This document shows, piece by piece, positions 16,834 through 27,100 of a DNA stretch of 64,000 nt (position 1 is the stretch's first letter; every line of letters begins with the position of its first letter). Origin of the DNA: Candidatus Latescibacterota bacterium (GTDB lineage Bacteria; Latescibacterota; UBA2968; UBA8231); contig OZ220089.1 in NCBI GenBank assembly GCA_964291625.2, forward strand, positions 960,001 to 1,024,000, written 5' to 3'. The notes below the pieces were generated by a model that was given only the letters and a program-made list of their open reading frames with translations, did no database searches and was not told the DNA's origin. A program made the translations under genes and the position numbers.

Positions 16834-19800
16834 GTTGAAGCATGGGCCGATGTCCGACGAGCGGAAGCTCGAGTCGATCAAGAGCCTGACGAAGGGTGAG
16901 GCTGGCGTCTCCGGCCAGAGCGACGTTCAGATGGGGCACGCCGAGTTGAGCAGTACAGATTTCGCCGAGTTCTTTGCTGCATTGTGGGGCCATCCCCCCT
17001 TCGCGTGGCAGCAGGCACTTGCGGATAGAGTCCTGGGAAATGCAGAGACGCCTTGGCCCGAAGCCATCGCCCTGCCGACCGCCTCCGGCAAGACCGCGTG
17101 CCTGGACATAGCGATCTTCGCGCTGGCGGTTCAGGCGGTTCGGCTGGACCGGAAGCAGGCGATCACCGCGCCGCGCCGCATTTTCTTCGTGGTGGATCGG
17201 CGCGTAATAGTGGATGAGGCCCATGAACGCGCCTGCCGGATGGCGAAGAAACTGGTAGATGCTGAGGACGGCATTCTGAAGACGGTTGCGGACAATCTCC
17301 GTAGAATCGCTCGCGGGGGGATGGCCGGATCGGCGAAGGAACTTCCGCTCGCTGCCCATGTACTGCGCGGCGGCATGTACCGGTCGGAGGCATGGGCGCG
17401 CCATCCGCTGCAACCGGCGGTCGTGGCCTCGACCGTCGATCAGGTTGGCTCCCGCCTGTTGTTCCGCGCCTACGGACGCAGCCCCGGCACCTGGCCGATC
17501 TACGCCGGGCTCATCGCCAACGACAGCCTGATCCTGCTCGACGAAGCGCACTGCGCGCAGCCGTTCCTGCAGACCTTGCAGGCGGTGAGGCGTTTCCGGA
17601 CGTGGGCGCTTGCTCCTCTGGATCGTCCGTTTCATCCCGTGGTCATGTCGGCCACACCTCCTCCTGGAACAGCGGACGTCTTCGAAGACCCGTCAGGCGA
17701 AGGTCGTGATCCGGATCATCCGCTGGGTCGCCGACAACTGGCGCGCAAGCCCACCGTATTGCAGACAGTCGAGAGAGCCCGGGGGAAGCGGGCCTCGAGT
17801 GAGCTGGCCAAAGCCTTGGCCGAGTCCGCCTCCGGGTTGATCAACGACGACCGCCGCGCCGTCGTGGTGTTCGTCAACCGAGTCGCCGCGGCGCGGGAGA
17901 CTCACCGGCTGTTGGCCTCCGACTACCGGGACCGTGCTCTCCTGCTCACCGGGCGCATGCGTCCCGTCGACAAGGATATCGTCCAGCAACGCCTGCAATT
18001 ACTGGGGTCTGCTCTGGCCACCGAGCGCTCTCTGGATGCGCCATGGATCGTCGTCGCTACGCAGACTCTGGAGGTCGGGGCCGACCTCGATTTCGATGGT
18101 CTTGTGACGGAATGCGCCAGCCTCGACGCCCTGCGTCAGCGCTTTGGCCGCTTGAACCGCATGGGACGACCGATCGAAGCGCGAGCAGTGATCCTCGTGC
18201 GCGGCGACCAAGACGACTCCGGGAAGGCGCAGGACGACCCCGTTTACGGCAAGGCCCTGACCAATACCTGGACATGGCTTAACAAGCTCAAGAACGAGGA
18301 CGATGAGGTTGACTTCGGCATCGCCCATATCGCGGAATACCTCCCCCAGGGCGATGCACTGGACCGGCTCAATGCCCCCGCCGTCGATGCCCCGGTGATG
18401 CTTCCCGCCCACGTCGATTGCTGGGCGCAGACAGCGCCGAAGCCGGCACCCTCCCCTGACGTGGCCCTGTTTCTGCGCGGCCCTCGGGAAGGCGCTGCTG
18501 ACGTACAGGTCTGCTGGCGCGCCGACTTGCTTCTGACGACCGAGGAAGGGCGAATGCACGCGCTGCAGTCATTGTACTTGTGTCCGCCGTGCAGCAGCGA
18601 AACGCTGCCGGTGCCGATCAGCATGTTCAGGGGTTGGCTGGCCGGAGAAGACGCGGAAGATGACAGCAGCGACGTGGAGGGCAGCGCCGCGCCTGGCGAT
18701 AGGGACGAAGAGAGCGTCCTCCATCCAGGTCGCGAGGTGATCCGGTGGAAAGGAGCCGAAACGAAGGCAGGGGACATCACGGCCGACCCCGGGGACATTC
18801 GTCCGGGCGATGTTATCGTCGTCCCCGCCACGCACCCCCTCCCGCGTCATCGGCTTGGAGACCTGTCGCCGGACCTGGACGTAGGAGACCGCGCCTGCCG
18901 TCTCGCGCGGGCAAGACCCATCCTGCGCATCCACAGGGACTTGGTGGACGCCTGGCCGGACACCGGCTCAACCAGCGAAGGCGCTCGTGAGTTGCTGAAG
19001 GACCTGGATCGTCGATTCGAGGACGACCCGGATGGGATCACCGGTGACTTGCGCCACCTGCTCACAGAGCTTTCTGACTCGCCCGAAGCGACTTGGCTAT
19101 CAACAGCGGCAAGGGAACTCTGCGCGGAGTCCAGACTCGACCACGCCTACCACGTGGTCGGCAACAGCATCGTCCTCGTCGGACGCCGTCCGATACCTTC
19201 GCTCACCCACGGCGCCGACAGCTTCAGCGACGAAGACGACGTGGCCACTTCCGGCACATCGCATGGCAATGGGGCCCCCGTTAGACTTCCGACCCACCTG
19301 TCCGGGGTCGAGGCCCTCGCCCGCTGCCATGCCTCCGCATGTGGATTGCCCGAAGACCTGGTCGAGACCATTGCCCGCGCGGGCCGGCTCCACGACTTGG
19401 GCAAGACCGATCGACGGTTCCAGTCCCTGCTGCGGGGCGGCGCTCCCTGGCTCGGCGGGGAACCGCTCGCCAAATCGGCTGGACTCCCCAGAACCCGCGC
19501 TGCCCGGGCGCGGGCGCGCAGGGACTCCGGCTATCCGGAAGGGGGGCGACATGAACTGTTGTCGACAAGGCTGGCCGAGAGTGCGCCGGCCCTGCTTCCT
19601 GACCGGGAGGACCTGCGCGATCTGATCCTCCACCTGATTGCCAGTCATCACGGCCACTGCCGGCCCTTCGCGCCGGTGGTGAGCGACGAGCAGGGCGTGG
19701 ACGTGGACTTCGAGTGGAGCGGACATCGCGCGCAATGGTCCGGGGCCACTGGGCTCGAACGCCTCGACTCCGGGGTCTCAGACCGATACTGGAAGCTGGT

Positions 19801-19903
19801 GCGGCTCTATGGCTGGTGGGGCTTGGCTTGGCTGGAGGCTCTTCTGCGGCTTGCGGACTGGCGGCAGAGCGATCTGGAGGAGGAGACAGATGACGGCCAG
19901 TGA
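16826..19903 (+). CDS. cas3: Type I-G Cas3 (SF2 helicase with C-terminal HD nuclease)
   Basis: LPTASGKT, VVDRRVIVD, STVDQVGSRLLFR, LLDEAH, VATQTLEVGADLDFD, QRFGRLNR, then GRLHDLGK, RHELLS, SHHG and WWGLAWLEALLRLAD. The start is uncertain: GTG 16826 overlapping the csb2 end, or ATG 16931. Confidence 0.95.
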   Translation: MAELKHGPMSDERKLESIKSLTKGEAGVSGQSDVQMGHAELSSTDFAEFFAALWGHPPFAWQQALADRVLGNAETPWPEAIALPTASGKTACLDIAIFALAVQAVRLDRKQAITAPRRIFFVVDRRVIVDEAHERACRMAKKLVDAEDGILKTVADNLRRIARGGMAGSAKELPLAAHVLRGGMYRSEAWARHPLQPAVVASTVDQVGSRLLFRAYGRSPGTWPIYAGLIANDSLILLDEAHCAQPFLQTLQAVRRFRTWALAPLDRPFHPVVMSATPPPGTADVFEDPSGEGRDPDHPLGRRQLARKPTVLQTVERARGKRASSELAKALAESASGLINDDRRAVVVFVNRVAAARETHRLLASDYRDRALLLTGRMRPVDKDIVQQRLQLLGSALATERSLDAPWIVVATQTLEVGADLDFDGLVTECASLDALRQRFGRLNRMGRPIEARAVILVRGDQDDSGKAQDDPVYGKALTNTWTWLNKLKNEDDEVDFGIAHIAEYLPQGDALDRLNAPAVDAPVMLPAHVDCWAQTAPKPAPSPDVALFLRGPREGAADVQVCWRADLLLTTEEGRMHALQSLYLCPPCSSETLPVPISMFRGWLAGEDAEDDSSDVEGSAAPGDRDEESVLHPGREVIRWKGAETKAGDITADPGDIRPGDVIVVPATHPLPRHRLGDLSPDLDVGDRACRLARARPILRIHRDLVDAWPDTGSTSEGARELLKDLDRRFEDDPDGITGDLRHLLTELSDSPEATWLSTAARELCAESRLDHAYHVVGNSIVLVGRRPIPSLTHGADSFSDEDDVATSGTSHGNGAPVRLPTHLSGVEALARCHASACGLPEDLVETIARAGRLHDLGKTDRRFQSLLRGGAPWLGGEPLAKSAGLPRTRAARARARRDSGYPEGGRHELLSTRLAESAPALLPDREDLRDLILHLIASHHGHCRPFAPVVSDEQGVDVDFEWSGHRAQWSGATGLERLDSGVSDRYWKLVRLYGWWGLAWLEALLRLADWRQSDLEEETDDGQ

Positions 19904-20819
19904 GTCTCCGGGCTTGTTGCTCAACGGCCTCGATGGCAGCAATCCACTGGGATTCCTCGCGGCCGTCGGGGTCTTGAGGACTGTGGCTGAGGCCGACTCT
20001 TGCCCGGACTGGCGAGTGCGTTGGGAACTGCGGGAGGGCAGCTGGTCCCCTGTGCTACTGGGAGACACAACCCTGGCCGCAGATGGTCTGATCCAAATCC
20101 TCATGCCCACCCTGATGGGAATGAAGGGCCATCCTGCGCTATCCTTCGCCGATGACCTGACGCTGAGTTGCGCTGACTTCCGGGGAGTGGCTCTGTCCGC
20201 TTGCGACGCTGCCGATCCCAGCGATCGACGCCATGCCGACTTCATGGCCGCCTTCGGCTGCGACAGCCACCCCATCTCTCCCAAGGATCCGCGCATCCAG
20301 GACACAGCGCTGCGAACCATGAGCGGCGCAGGACATCAGCACTTCATCGGCTCGATGCGAGAACTGGTGCAAGAGACCGATGCCGCTCATTTGCGCGCTT
20401 CCCTGTTCGAGCCGTGGCAGTATGCGGATCCCAAGCCGAGCCTTCGCTGGGATCCTGTGGACGACCGCAGGTACGCCCTACGTTGGAGAGCTCCTTCGGG
20501 CGACCCGGTGCGCACCATGCGCGGGGCCAACCGTCTCGCCGTGGAGGCACTGCCCCTTTTTCCGACCGCGCCCGGGGAACGGCGGCTCCAAACGACCGGC
20601 TTTTCCCAGCGCCGGGGCCAGGGCGTGCTGTTCACTTGGCCGATCTGGGAAGGGCCATTGAACATCGATACCCTGCGCTCACTGCTCGGCATGGCCGAAC
20701 TGCAGGAGCCTCGCCCGGATCGAGAGATTCTTCGAGCAAGAGGAGTCGTCGAGATCTACCGGAGTCAGCGCATCACCGAGGGCAAGTATCGCAACTTCAC
20801 CCCTGCTCTACCTGCATGA
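19890..20819 (+). CDS. cas8g: Type I-G Cas8g (short Csb3/Cas8u2-type large subunit)
   Basis: GLDGSNPLGFLAAVGVLR, LRWDPVDDRRYALR, GANRLAVEALPLFP, FTWPIWEGPL. ATG 19890 with a GGAGGAG RBS overlaps the cas3 end. Confidence 0.85.
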   Translation: MTASESPGLLLNGLDGSNPLGFLAAVGVLRTVAEADSCPDWRVRWELREGSWSPVLLGDTTLAADGLIQILMPTLMGMKGHPALSFADDLTLSCADFRGVALSACDAADPSDRRHADFMAAFGCDSHPISPKDPRIQDTALRTMSGAGHQHFIGSMRELVQETDAAHLRASLFEPWQYADPKPSLRWDPVDDRRYALRWRAPSGDPVRTMRGANRLAVEALPLFPTAPGERRLQTTGFSQRRGQGVLFTWPIWEGPLNIDTLRSLLGMAELQEPRPDREILRARGVVEIYRSQRITEGKYRNFTPALPA

Positions 20820-20863
20820 CCACCGCTGCGCCAAGCGACATGCCTCCTGACGGGGGAACATCC

Positions 20864-21970
20864 ATGCCCCGACGCAGACTCCCCATAGGCATCCAGACCC
20901 TCCGCGAGATCCGCGAGCAAGGCTGCTACTACGTCGACAAGACCCCGCACATCCGGTGGCTGCTCGACGGGGGCAAGCACTACTTCCTCACCCGCCCCCC
21001 GGGCTTCGGCAAAAGTCTGTTCCTCGACACCTGCAAGGAGCTGTTCGAGGGCAACGAACCCCTGTTCGAGGGGCTGGACATCCACGAGCACTGGGACTGG
21101 ACGGCGCGCCACCCGGTCGTTCGCCTCGACTTCAGCAGTGGCAACTTCGGCAACTACCAGGGACCGGAAGACCTGCGGACGGAACTGGCGGCGCAGTTGA
21201 GCGTCATGGAGCACCAAGCAAAGGTAACCCCTCGCTACGCCGACCCGTCTATCCGTCTCGGGCGCCTGCTCGAGGAGCTGCACGAGCGTACCGGCCGCCG
21301 CGTGGCAGTCCTCGTGGACGAGTACGAGAAGCCGGTCCTGGACAACCTCGACACCCCCGAAACCGCCCGCGCCATCCGCGACTACCTGTTCGGGTTCTAC
21401 GCGACCATCAAGTCCAGCGACGCCGACATCTACTTCAGCCTTGTCACCGGGGTCCACAAGTTTCCCCTGGCCGGGCCCTTCTCCGGCCTCAACAACCTGA
21501 TCGACATCACCCTGGATCCGCGCTGTGCCGCCATTTGCGGCTTCACCGATTCGGAACTGGACGGGGTGTTCGCCCCTGAGTTGCCGGGCCTCGACCGGGG
21601 CGAAATCCGCGCCTGGTACAACGGCTACAACTGCCGGGGCGATGAGAAGCTCTACAAGCCCTTCGACATCCTGCGGCTCTTCGACAAGCGCGAGTTCGGC
21701 GCCTGGCAGTGCGGGACCGGCCTTTCGGCCTTCCTGGTGGAAGAGCTGACCGGACGCGGGATCCGCTCCGCTGATCTGGACGAAATGCTGGGCACCCCCA
21801 ACCTGCTTGCCACGTTCGACGTGGAGCAATTGACGACGGAGGCGCTGCTGTTCCAGGCCGGCTACATCACGATCACGGAGGAACGGGAACGCGGCCACAG
21901 GTTGTTCTTTGGTCTGGGTTGTCCCAACCGCGCCGCACGCACACGACTCGACAAGGCACTGCGTACTTGA
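20864..21970 (+). CDS. AAA-ATPase-like protein (family usually fused to a PD-(D/E)XK_9 nuclease), lacking the nuclease domain
   Basis: LPIGIQTLREIREQGCYYVDKT, Walker A RPPGFGKS, Walker B VLVDEYEKP, FSGLNNLIDITLDP, WYNGY. Ends shortly after GCPN. An alternative start at ATG 20816 overlaps the cas8g stop. Confidence 0.8.
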   Translation: MPRRRLPIGIQTLREIREQGCYYVDKTPHIRWLLDGGKHYFLTRPPGFGKSLFLDTCKELFEGNEPLFEGLDIHEHWDWTARHPVVRLDFSSGNFGNYQGPEDLRTELAAQLSVMEHQAKVTPRYADPSIRLGRLLEELHERTGRRVAVLVDEYEKPVLDNLDTPETARAIRDYLFGFYATIKSSDADIYFSLVTGVHKFPLAGPFSGLNNLIDITLDPRCAAICGFTDSELDGVFAPELPGLDRGEIRAWYNGYNCRGDEKLYKPFDILRLFDKREFGAWQCGTGLSAFLVEELTGRGIRSADLDEMLGTPNLLATFDVEQLTTEALLFQAGYITITEERERGHRLFFGLGCPNRAARTRLDKALRT

Positions 21971-23679
21971 GCGAACACCGCCAGCTCTCCCTCCCGCTGC
22001 CCCCGGCGCCGGCCGATGGCGACACGCCCCTCGTGCCTGCCCGCATGGTGAACGAGTGGGTCTACTGCCCGCGCCTGGCCTACCTGGAGTGGGTGGAGGG
22101 CGAGTGGGCCGAGAGCGGGGACACGGCCGAGGGGCGGCGCGCCCACGTGAGGGTCGACGAGGGCGGGGGCCGCCTGCCGGACCCCGACGAACTCGGAGAG
22201 GAGAAGGCCCGGGCGCGGTCGGTCACCCTCTCGTCCGAACGCCTCGGCGTGATCGCCAAGATGGACGTGGTGGAGACCGGCGACGGCCTGGCCATGCCCG
22301 TGGACTTCAAGAAGGGCAAGCGGCCCCACGTCGCCGCCGGCGCCTACGATCCCGAGCGCGTCCAGCTCTGCGTGCAGGCCATGATCCTGGAGGACAACGG
22401 CTACAAGGTCGAGCAGGCGGCCTTGTGGTACGCGGGCTCTCGCGAGCGGGTGCGGATCGTCCTGGACCCGGAGCTGCGGGCCACGACCCTGGAGGCGATC
22501 ACGGGCCTGCGCTCCGCCGCGACTGCGGGTCATCGGCCGCCGCCGCTCGAGGACAGCCCCAAGTGCCCCCGCTGCTCGCTGGCCGGGATCTGCCTGCCCG
22601 ACGAGACCAACCTCTTCCGCAAGGGCAATCCCCCGCGCCCCCTCAACCCCTCCGACGACCCGGCCCTGCCCCTCTACGTCCAGACCCCGGGAGCGCGGGT
22701 CCGAAAGACCGGCGACCGCCTGCGGGTGGAGACCGAAGAGGAGAAGGTGGAAGTCCCCTTGATCGATGTCTCCCAGGTCTCGCTCTTCGGTCCCGTCTCG
22801 CTGACCACCCCGGCCCTGCACGAGCTCATGCGCGCCGGGATTCCCGTGTCCTGGTTCTCCACGGGCGGCTGGTTCCTCGGCCACACCACCGGCACCGGCC
22901 ATGGCAACGCGGCCGTGCGCGAGGCCCAGTACCGGACCGCCTTCGACAAGCGCAGCAGCCTGGCCTTCGCGCGGGACCTCGTGGCCGCCAAGGTGCGCAA
23001 CTCGCGTACGCTGTTGCGCCGCAACTGGCGCGTCGACGGCGACGCGGAGGAGAAAAACGAAGTGCTGGTGCGGCTGAAAGGAGTCGCCCGGCGGGTGCCC
23101 CGCGCCGAGGACGACCGGCAACTGCTGGGCCTGGAGGGGGAGGCCGCGGCCGTCTACTTCGCCGCCTTCGAGAGCATGCTGGCCAAGAGTGCGGGACAGG
23201 ACCTGGGCGGCTTCTCCTTCGACAAGCGCAACCGGCGCCCGCCCACCGATCCGGTGAACGCGACCCTGTCCCTGGCCTACTCCCTGTTGACCCGCCACTT
23301 CACGACGGCGATCTCGGCGACCGGACTGGACCCCTACATGGGCCTCTACCACCGGCCCCGTCACGGCCGGCCGGCCTTGGCCCTGGACCTGATGGAACCC
23401 TTCCGTCCCATCGTCGCGGACTCCTGCGTCGTCCAGGCGATCAACAACGGCGAGATCAAGCCGGGCGACTTCGTCTTCAACGGGGCCGCGTGTTCGTTGA
23501 AGCCCGCCGGCCGCAAGGCTTTCCTCGCATCCTTCGAGCGCCGCCTGGAGCAGGAGACCACCCACCCCCTCTTCGGGTACCGCGTCTCCATGCGCCGGCT
23601 CATCGAGGTGCAGGCCCGCTTGCTCGCCCGCCACCTGCAGGGCGAGATCGTCCCCTATCCGCACTATCTTCCCCGGTAG
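21967..23679 (+). CDS. cas1: Cas4/Cas1 fusion
   Basis: Cas4: YCPRLAYLEW, KMDVVE, PVDFKKG, CPRCSLAGIC (four Cys). Cas1: LLGLEGEAAAVYF, RNRRPPTDPVNATLSLAY, LALDLMEPFRPIVAD. The likely start is TTG 21967, overlapping the ATPase stop. Confidence 0.95.
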   Translation: MSEHRQLSLPLPPAPADGDTPLVPARMVNEWVYCPRLAYLEWVEGEWAESGDTAEGRRAHVRVDEGGGRLPDPDELGEEKARARSVTLSSERLGVIAKMDVVETGDGLAMPVDFKKGKRPHVAAGAYDPERVQLCVQAMILEDNGYKVEQAALWYAGSRERVRIVLDPELRATTLEAITGLRSAATAGHRPPPLEDSPKCPRCSLAGICLPDETNLFRKGNPPRPLNPSDDPALPLYVQTPGARVRKTGDRLRVETEEEKVEVPLIDVSQVSLFGPVSLTTPALHELMRAGIPVSWFSTGGWFLGHTTGTGHGNAAVREAQYRTAFDKRSSLAFARDLVAAKVRNSRTLLRRNWRVDGDAEEKNEVLVRLKGVARRVPRAEDDRQLLGLEGEAAAVYFAAFESMLAKSAGQDLGGFSFDKRNRRPPTDPVNATLSLAYSLLTRHFTTAISATGLDPYMGLYHRPRHGRPALALDLMEPFRPIVADSCVVQAINNGEIKPGDFVFNGAACSLKPAGRKAFLASFERRLEQETTHPLFGYRVSMRRLIEVQARLLARHLQGEIVPYPHYLPR

Positions 23680-23683
23680 CCGC

Positions 23684-23977
23684 ATGGCCACGGAACGACT
23701 CTACATCGTCGCCTACGACATCTCCAAACCGAAACGGTGGCGCCGCGTGTTCAAGACGATGAAGGGCTACGGCCACTGGGTGCAGTTGTCGGTCTTCCAG
23801 TGCCGGCTGACGGCCCGTCGCCGCGCCGAGATGGCCGCCCGGCTGGACGGCCTGATCATGCCGGCCGAGGACCACGTCCTGATCGTGGACCTTGGCCCCG
23901 CGGACCAAGTCGATCCTCACGTGGAAAGCCTGGGCAAAGGCTATGCAGCGCCCGTCCGGCAGGCTACGATCGTCTGA
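23684..23977 (+). CDS. cas2: Cas2
   Basis: YIVAYDIS..KRWRRVFKTMKGYGHWVQLSVFQC, 97 aa, directly after cas1. Confidence 0.95.
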   Translation: MATERLYIVAYDISKPKRWRRVFKTMKGYGHWVQLSVFQCRLTARRRAEMAARLDGLIMPAEDHVLIVDLGPADQVDPHVESLGKGYAAPVRQATIV

Positions 23978-24185
23978 GGATACTGCCGGTGCCCCTGCGA
24001 GCGCTCCAGTGCAAGACCGATTCGCCGGGGAGCCCTCGCACCCGCGCTACCTCATGGGTGACAACGAGATAGGTCCATTCCACCCGATGCCCTGTAGCAA
24101 CGAATCACATCCCGAGAGAGCGCCAGGCCCAGAGCTCGCAGTCCGCCTGTCAACCGTCTACCGCGCAAGGAGATAGCGCGGGGCC
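23978..24185 (+). promoter_or_regulatory. CRISPR leader
   Basis: Non-coding 208 bp between cas2 and repeat 1. Contains TGCGAGC and inverted CTCGCA motifs at about 23996, 24035 and 24135. Confidence 0.75.
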
Positions 24186-27100
24186 GTCTTCCGGGGCGAA
24201 GCTGCCCCGGCCTCATTGAAGCTTCTTTGGTGAAGTCTTGCCGGAGATTGCCCGAGGCGTCTTCCGGGGCGAAGCTGCCCCGGCCTCATTGAAGCAGGGG
24301 GGGGAGCTGATCGACGATCCACGACATGATGTCTTCCGGGGCGAAGCTGCCCCGGCCTCATTGAAGCGGGGGGGTGGCCCGGGGGGTTGGGGGAGAACCT
24401 GGCCTGTCTTCCGGGGCGAAGCTGCCCCGGCCTCATTGAAGCCGCCGCGGCCGCCGGCCCGCCGGGCCCGGCCGCCCAGTCTTCCGGGGCGAAGCTGCCC
24501 CGGCCTCATTGAAGCAGGTTGGCGCTTGTCAGGTAGAGGATCGACGGCGCGTCTTCCGGGGCGAAGCTGCCCCGGCCTCATTGAAGCGACGTAGTGGGGA
24601 TTGTCGTCCAACTCCAGGTATCCGTCTTCCGGGGCGAAGCTGCCCCGGCCTCATTGAAGCCCGGGAACTCGGCGAGGAGCTGGCCGAACGCCACGCGTCT
24701 TCCGGGGCGAAGCTGCCCCGGCCTCATTGAAGCGTGAAGTCGGCGCCCGAGGACGCCCCGCTGACGATGTCTTCCGGGGCGAAGCTGCCCCGGCCTCATT
24801 GAAGCCAGGCGGAGGTTGGGTTCGTCCGTCTCGCCCTCGGCCGGTCTTCCGGGGCGAAGCTGCCCCGGCCTCATTGAAGCGACAGCAGGCCGTAGGAGGC
24901 CGCCGTCGCCCCGGCGGGTCTTCCGGGGCGAAGCTGCCCCGGCCTCATTGAAGCGGGCGGACCCTTGTCGCTACGTATGGCTTCAAGGAACGTCTTCCGG
25001 GGCGAAGCTGCCCCGGCCTCATTGAAGCCGCGGGCCCGTCACGGCGCCTCGCCGCCGGCGCCCCGGTCTTCCGGGGCGAAGCTGCCCCGGCCTCATTGAA
25101 GCGTGTACTGGCCCGCGTCGCTGGCGGCCCCGGTCTGTTGTCTTCCGGGGCGAAGCTGCCCCGGCCTCATTGAAGCTGGAGTTAGGAATACGGCCATGCG
25201 ACCGCCGATTGTGTCTTCCGGGGCGAAGCTGCCCCGGCCTCATTGAAGCAGGGCCTCCAGCGGGGTATGAGAGTCCACGACCACGGGTCTTCCGGGGCGA
25301 AGCTGCCCCGGCCTCATTGAAGCATCCCAAGGCGCTCGTCCCCTTCAACGCGATCCTGGGTCTTCCGGGGCGAAGCTGCCCCGGCCTCATTGAAGCCGAG
25401 GCCCTGGAGTCCAACTTCATCACTCAGATCCTGTCTTCCGGGGCGAAGCTGCCCCGGCCTCATTGAAGCGGAACGAATGCGGCAACGGCCGTGTCGTAGC
25501 TTACCAGTCTTCCGGGGCGAAGCTGCCCCGGCCTCATTGAAGCCCCTCCGGGCCCGGCCGCTACCACTTCCGGGTGCGCGCGTCTTCCGGGGCGAAGCTG
25601 CCCCGGCCTCATTGAAGCGCCCTGAACGCCCGGGACAGGTGGGGTACCTTCATGGTGTCTTCCGGGGCGAAGCTGCCCCGGCCTCATTGAAGCCCGGGGG
25701 TGATGGACTACGACTTGACGGAGGTCGAGTCTTCCGGGGCGAAGCTGCCCCGGCCTCATTGAAGCCGACGAGCTCGGCGGGGAGGATCTGCAGAAGCTGG
25801 GTCTTCCGGGGCGAAGCTGCCCCGGCCTCATTGAAGCCGGTGAAGCAGGGTCGCGTCCCAGGCCTTGACCTCCTGTCTTCCGGGGCGAAGCTGCCCCGGC
25901 CTCATTGAAGCCCCGTCGTCTTCATCTTCCCGGTCGTCGCCGGGGTCTTGTCTTCCGGGGCGAAGCTGCCCCGGCCTCATTGAAGCCGGAACATCCAGGC
26001 GGCGCAGGACACGGAATCGGCCTTGTCTTCCGGGGCGAAGCTGCCCCGGCCTCATTGAAGCCCGAGGTCGATTCCACGGACCGGATGCCGGTGAGCCGTC
26101 TTCCGGGGCGAAGCTGCCCCGGCCTCATTGAAGCCTCGACCAGAACCCCACCGACATGCCGGACACGTCCGTCTTCCGGGGCGAAGCTGCCCCGGCCTCA
26201 TTGAAGCGTGAATGCGATCCGGGCCTTGCCGCCCTTCCGGTAGGTCTTCCGGGGCGAAGCTGCCCCGGCCTCATTGAAGCGAGATCACCGGGTTCACCAG
26301 CGGCACGGTCACCACCGTCTTCCGGGGCGAAGCTGCCCCGGCCTCATTGAAGCCGGCCGGCCGTGGCGCTTGTTCCACACGCCGAGCCCGGACCAGTCTT
26401 CCGGGGCGAAGCTGCCCCGGCCTCATTGAAGCCCCGGGCCCCGCGGCCAGGTCGAAGCGCGCGAACGCCGTCTTCCGGGGCGAAGCTGCCCCGGCCTCAT
26501 TGAAGCATAGGGCACGGGCACATCGGCGTCCGGGCGAGGGGAGTCTTCCGGGGCGAAGCTGCCCCGGCCTCATTGAAGCGGCACGACCAGCTGGCTCTCC
26601 ATCCACGCGATGTTCCGGTCTTCCGGGGCGAAGCTGCCCCGGCCTCATTGAAGCGATCCCGCCCGGGCGCACGTGCAGCAGATCCAAAGGGGTCTTCCGG
26701 GGCGAAGCTGCCCCGGCCTCATTGAAGCACGGATCCCCTCTTCTCGGCGAGTGCGATCAGATGGTCTTCCGGGGCGAAGCTGCCCCGGCCTCATTGAAGC
26801 AGGTTGTCGACCGTGATCGTGGCCGTGGACCGGAGCGTCTTCCGGGGCGAAGCTGCCCCGGCCTCATTGAAGCACGGTGATCGGCACCGTGACCGACACC
26901 CCGCCGGACGTCTTCCGGGGCGAAGCTGCCCCGGCCTCATTGAAGCCTCTTGTCAGTTGCCATACCTGCTTCACCGCCTTTCGTGTCTTCCGGGGCGAAG
27001 CTGCCCCGGCCTCATTGAAGCGTATCCCGTGCGTCATCGACGCGCCTCTATCGGGTGTCTTCCGGGGCGAAGCTGCCCCGGCCTCATTGAAGCACGTCCA

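Noticed and set aside
20201-20815. N-terminal 205 aa of the 589-aa ORF as part of the ATPase
   Set aside because: It overlaps cas8g in another frame and has no recognisable features. Homology begins at about 20864.
26874-26909. Possible self-targeting of the Calx-beta gene by spacer 37 (GTGACCGACACC shared with ~58448)
   Set aside because: Only a 12-bp match in GC-rich Val/Thr-coding sequence. I found no full-length protospacer in the window by eye, but a genome-wide search is still needed.
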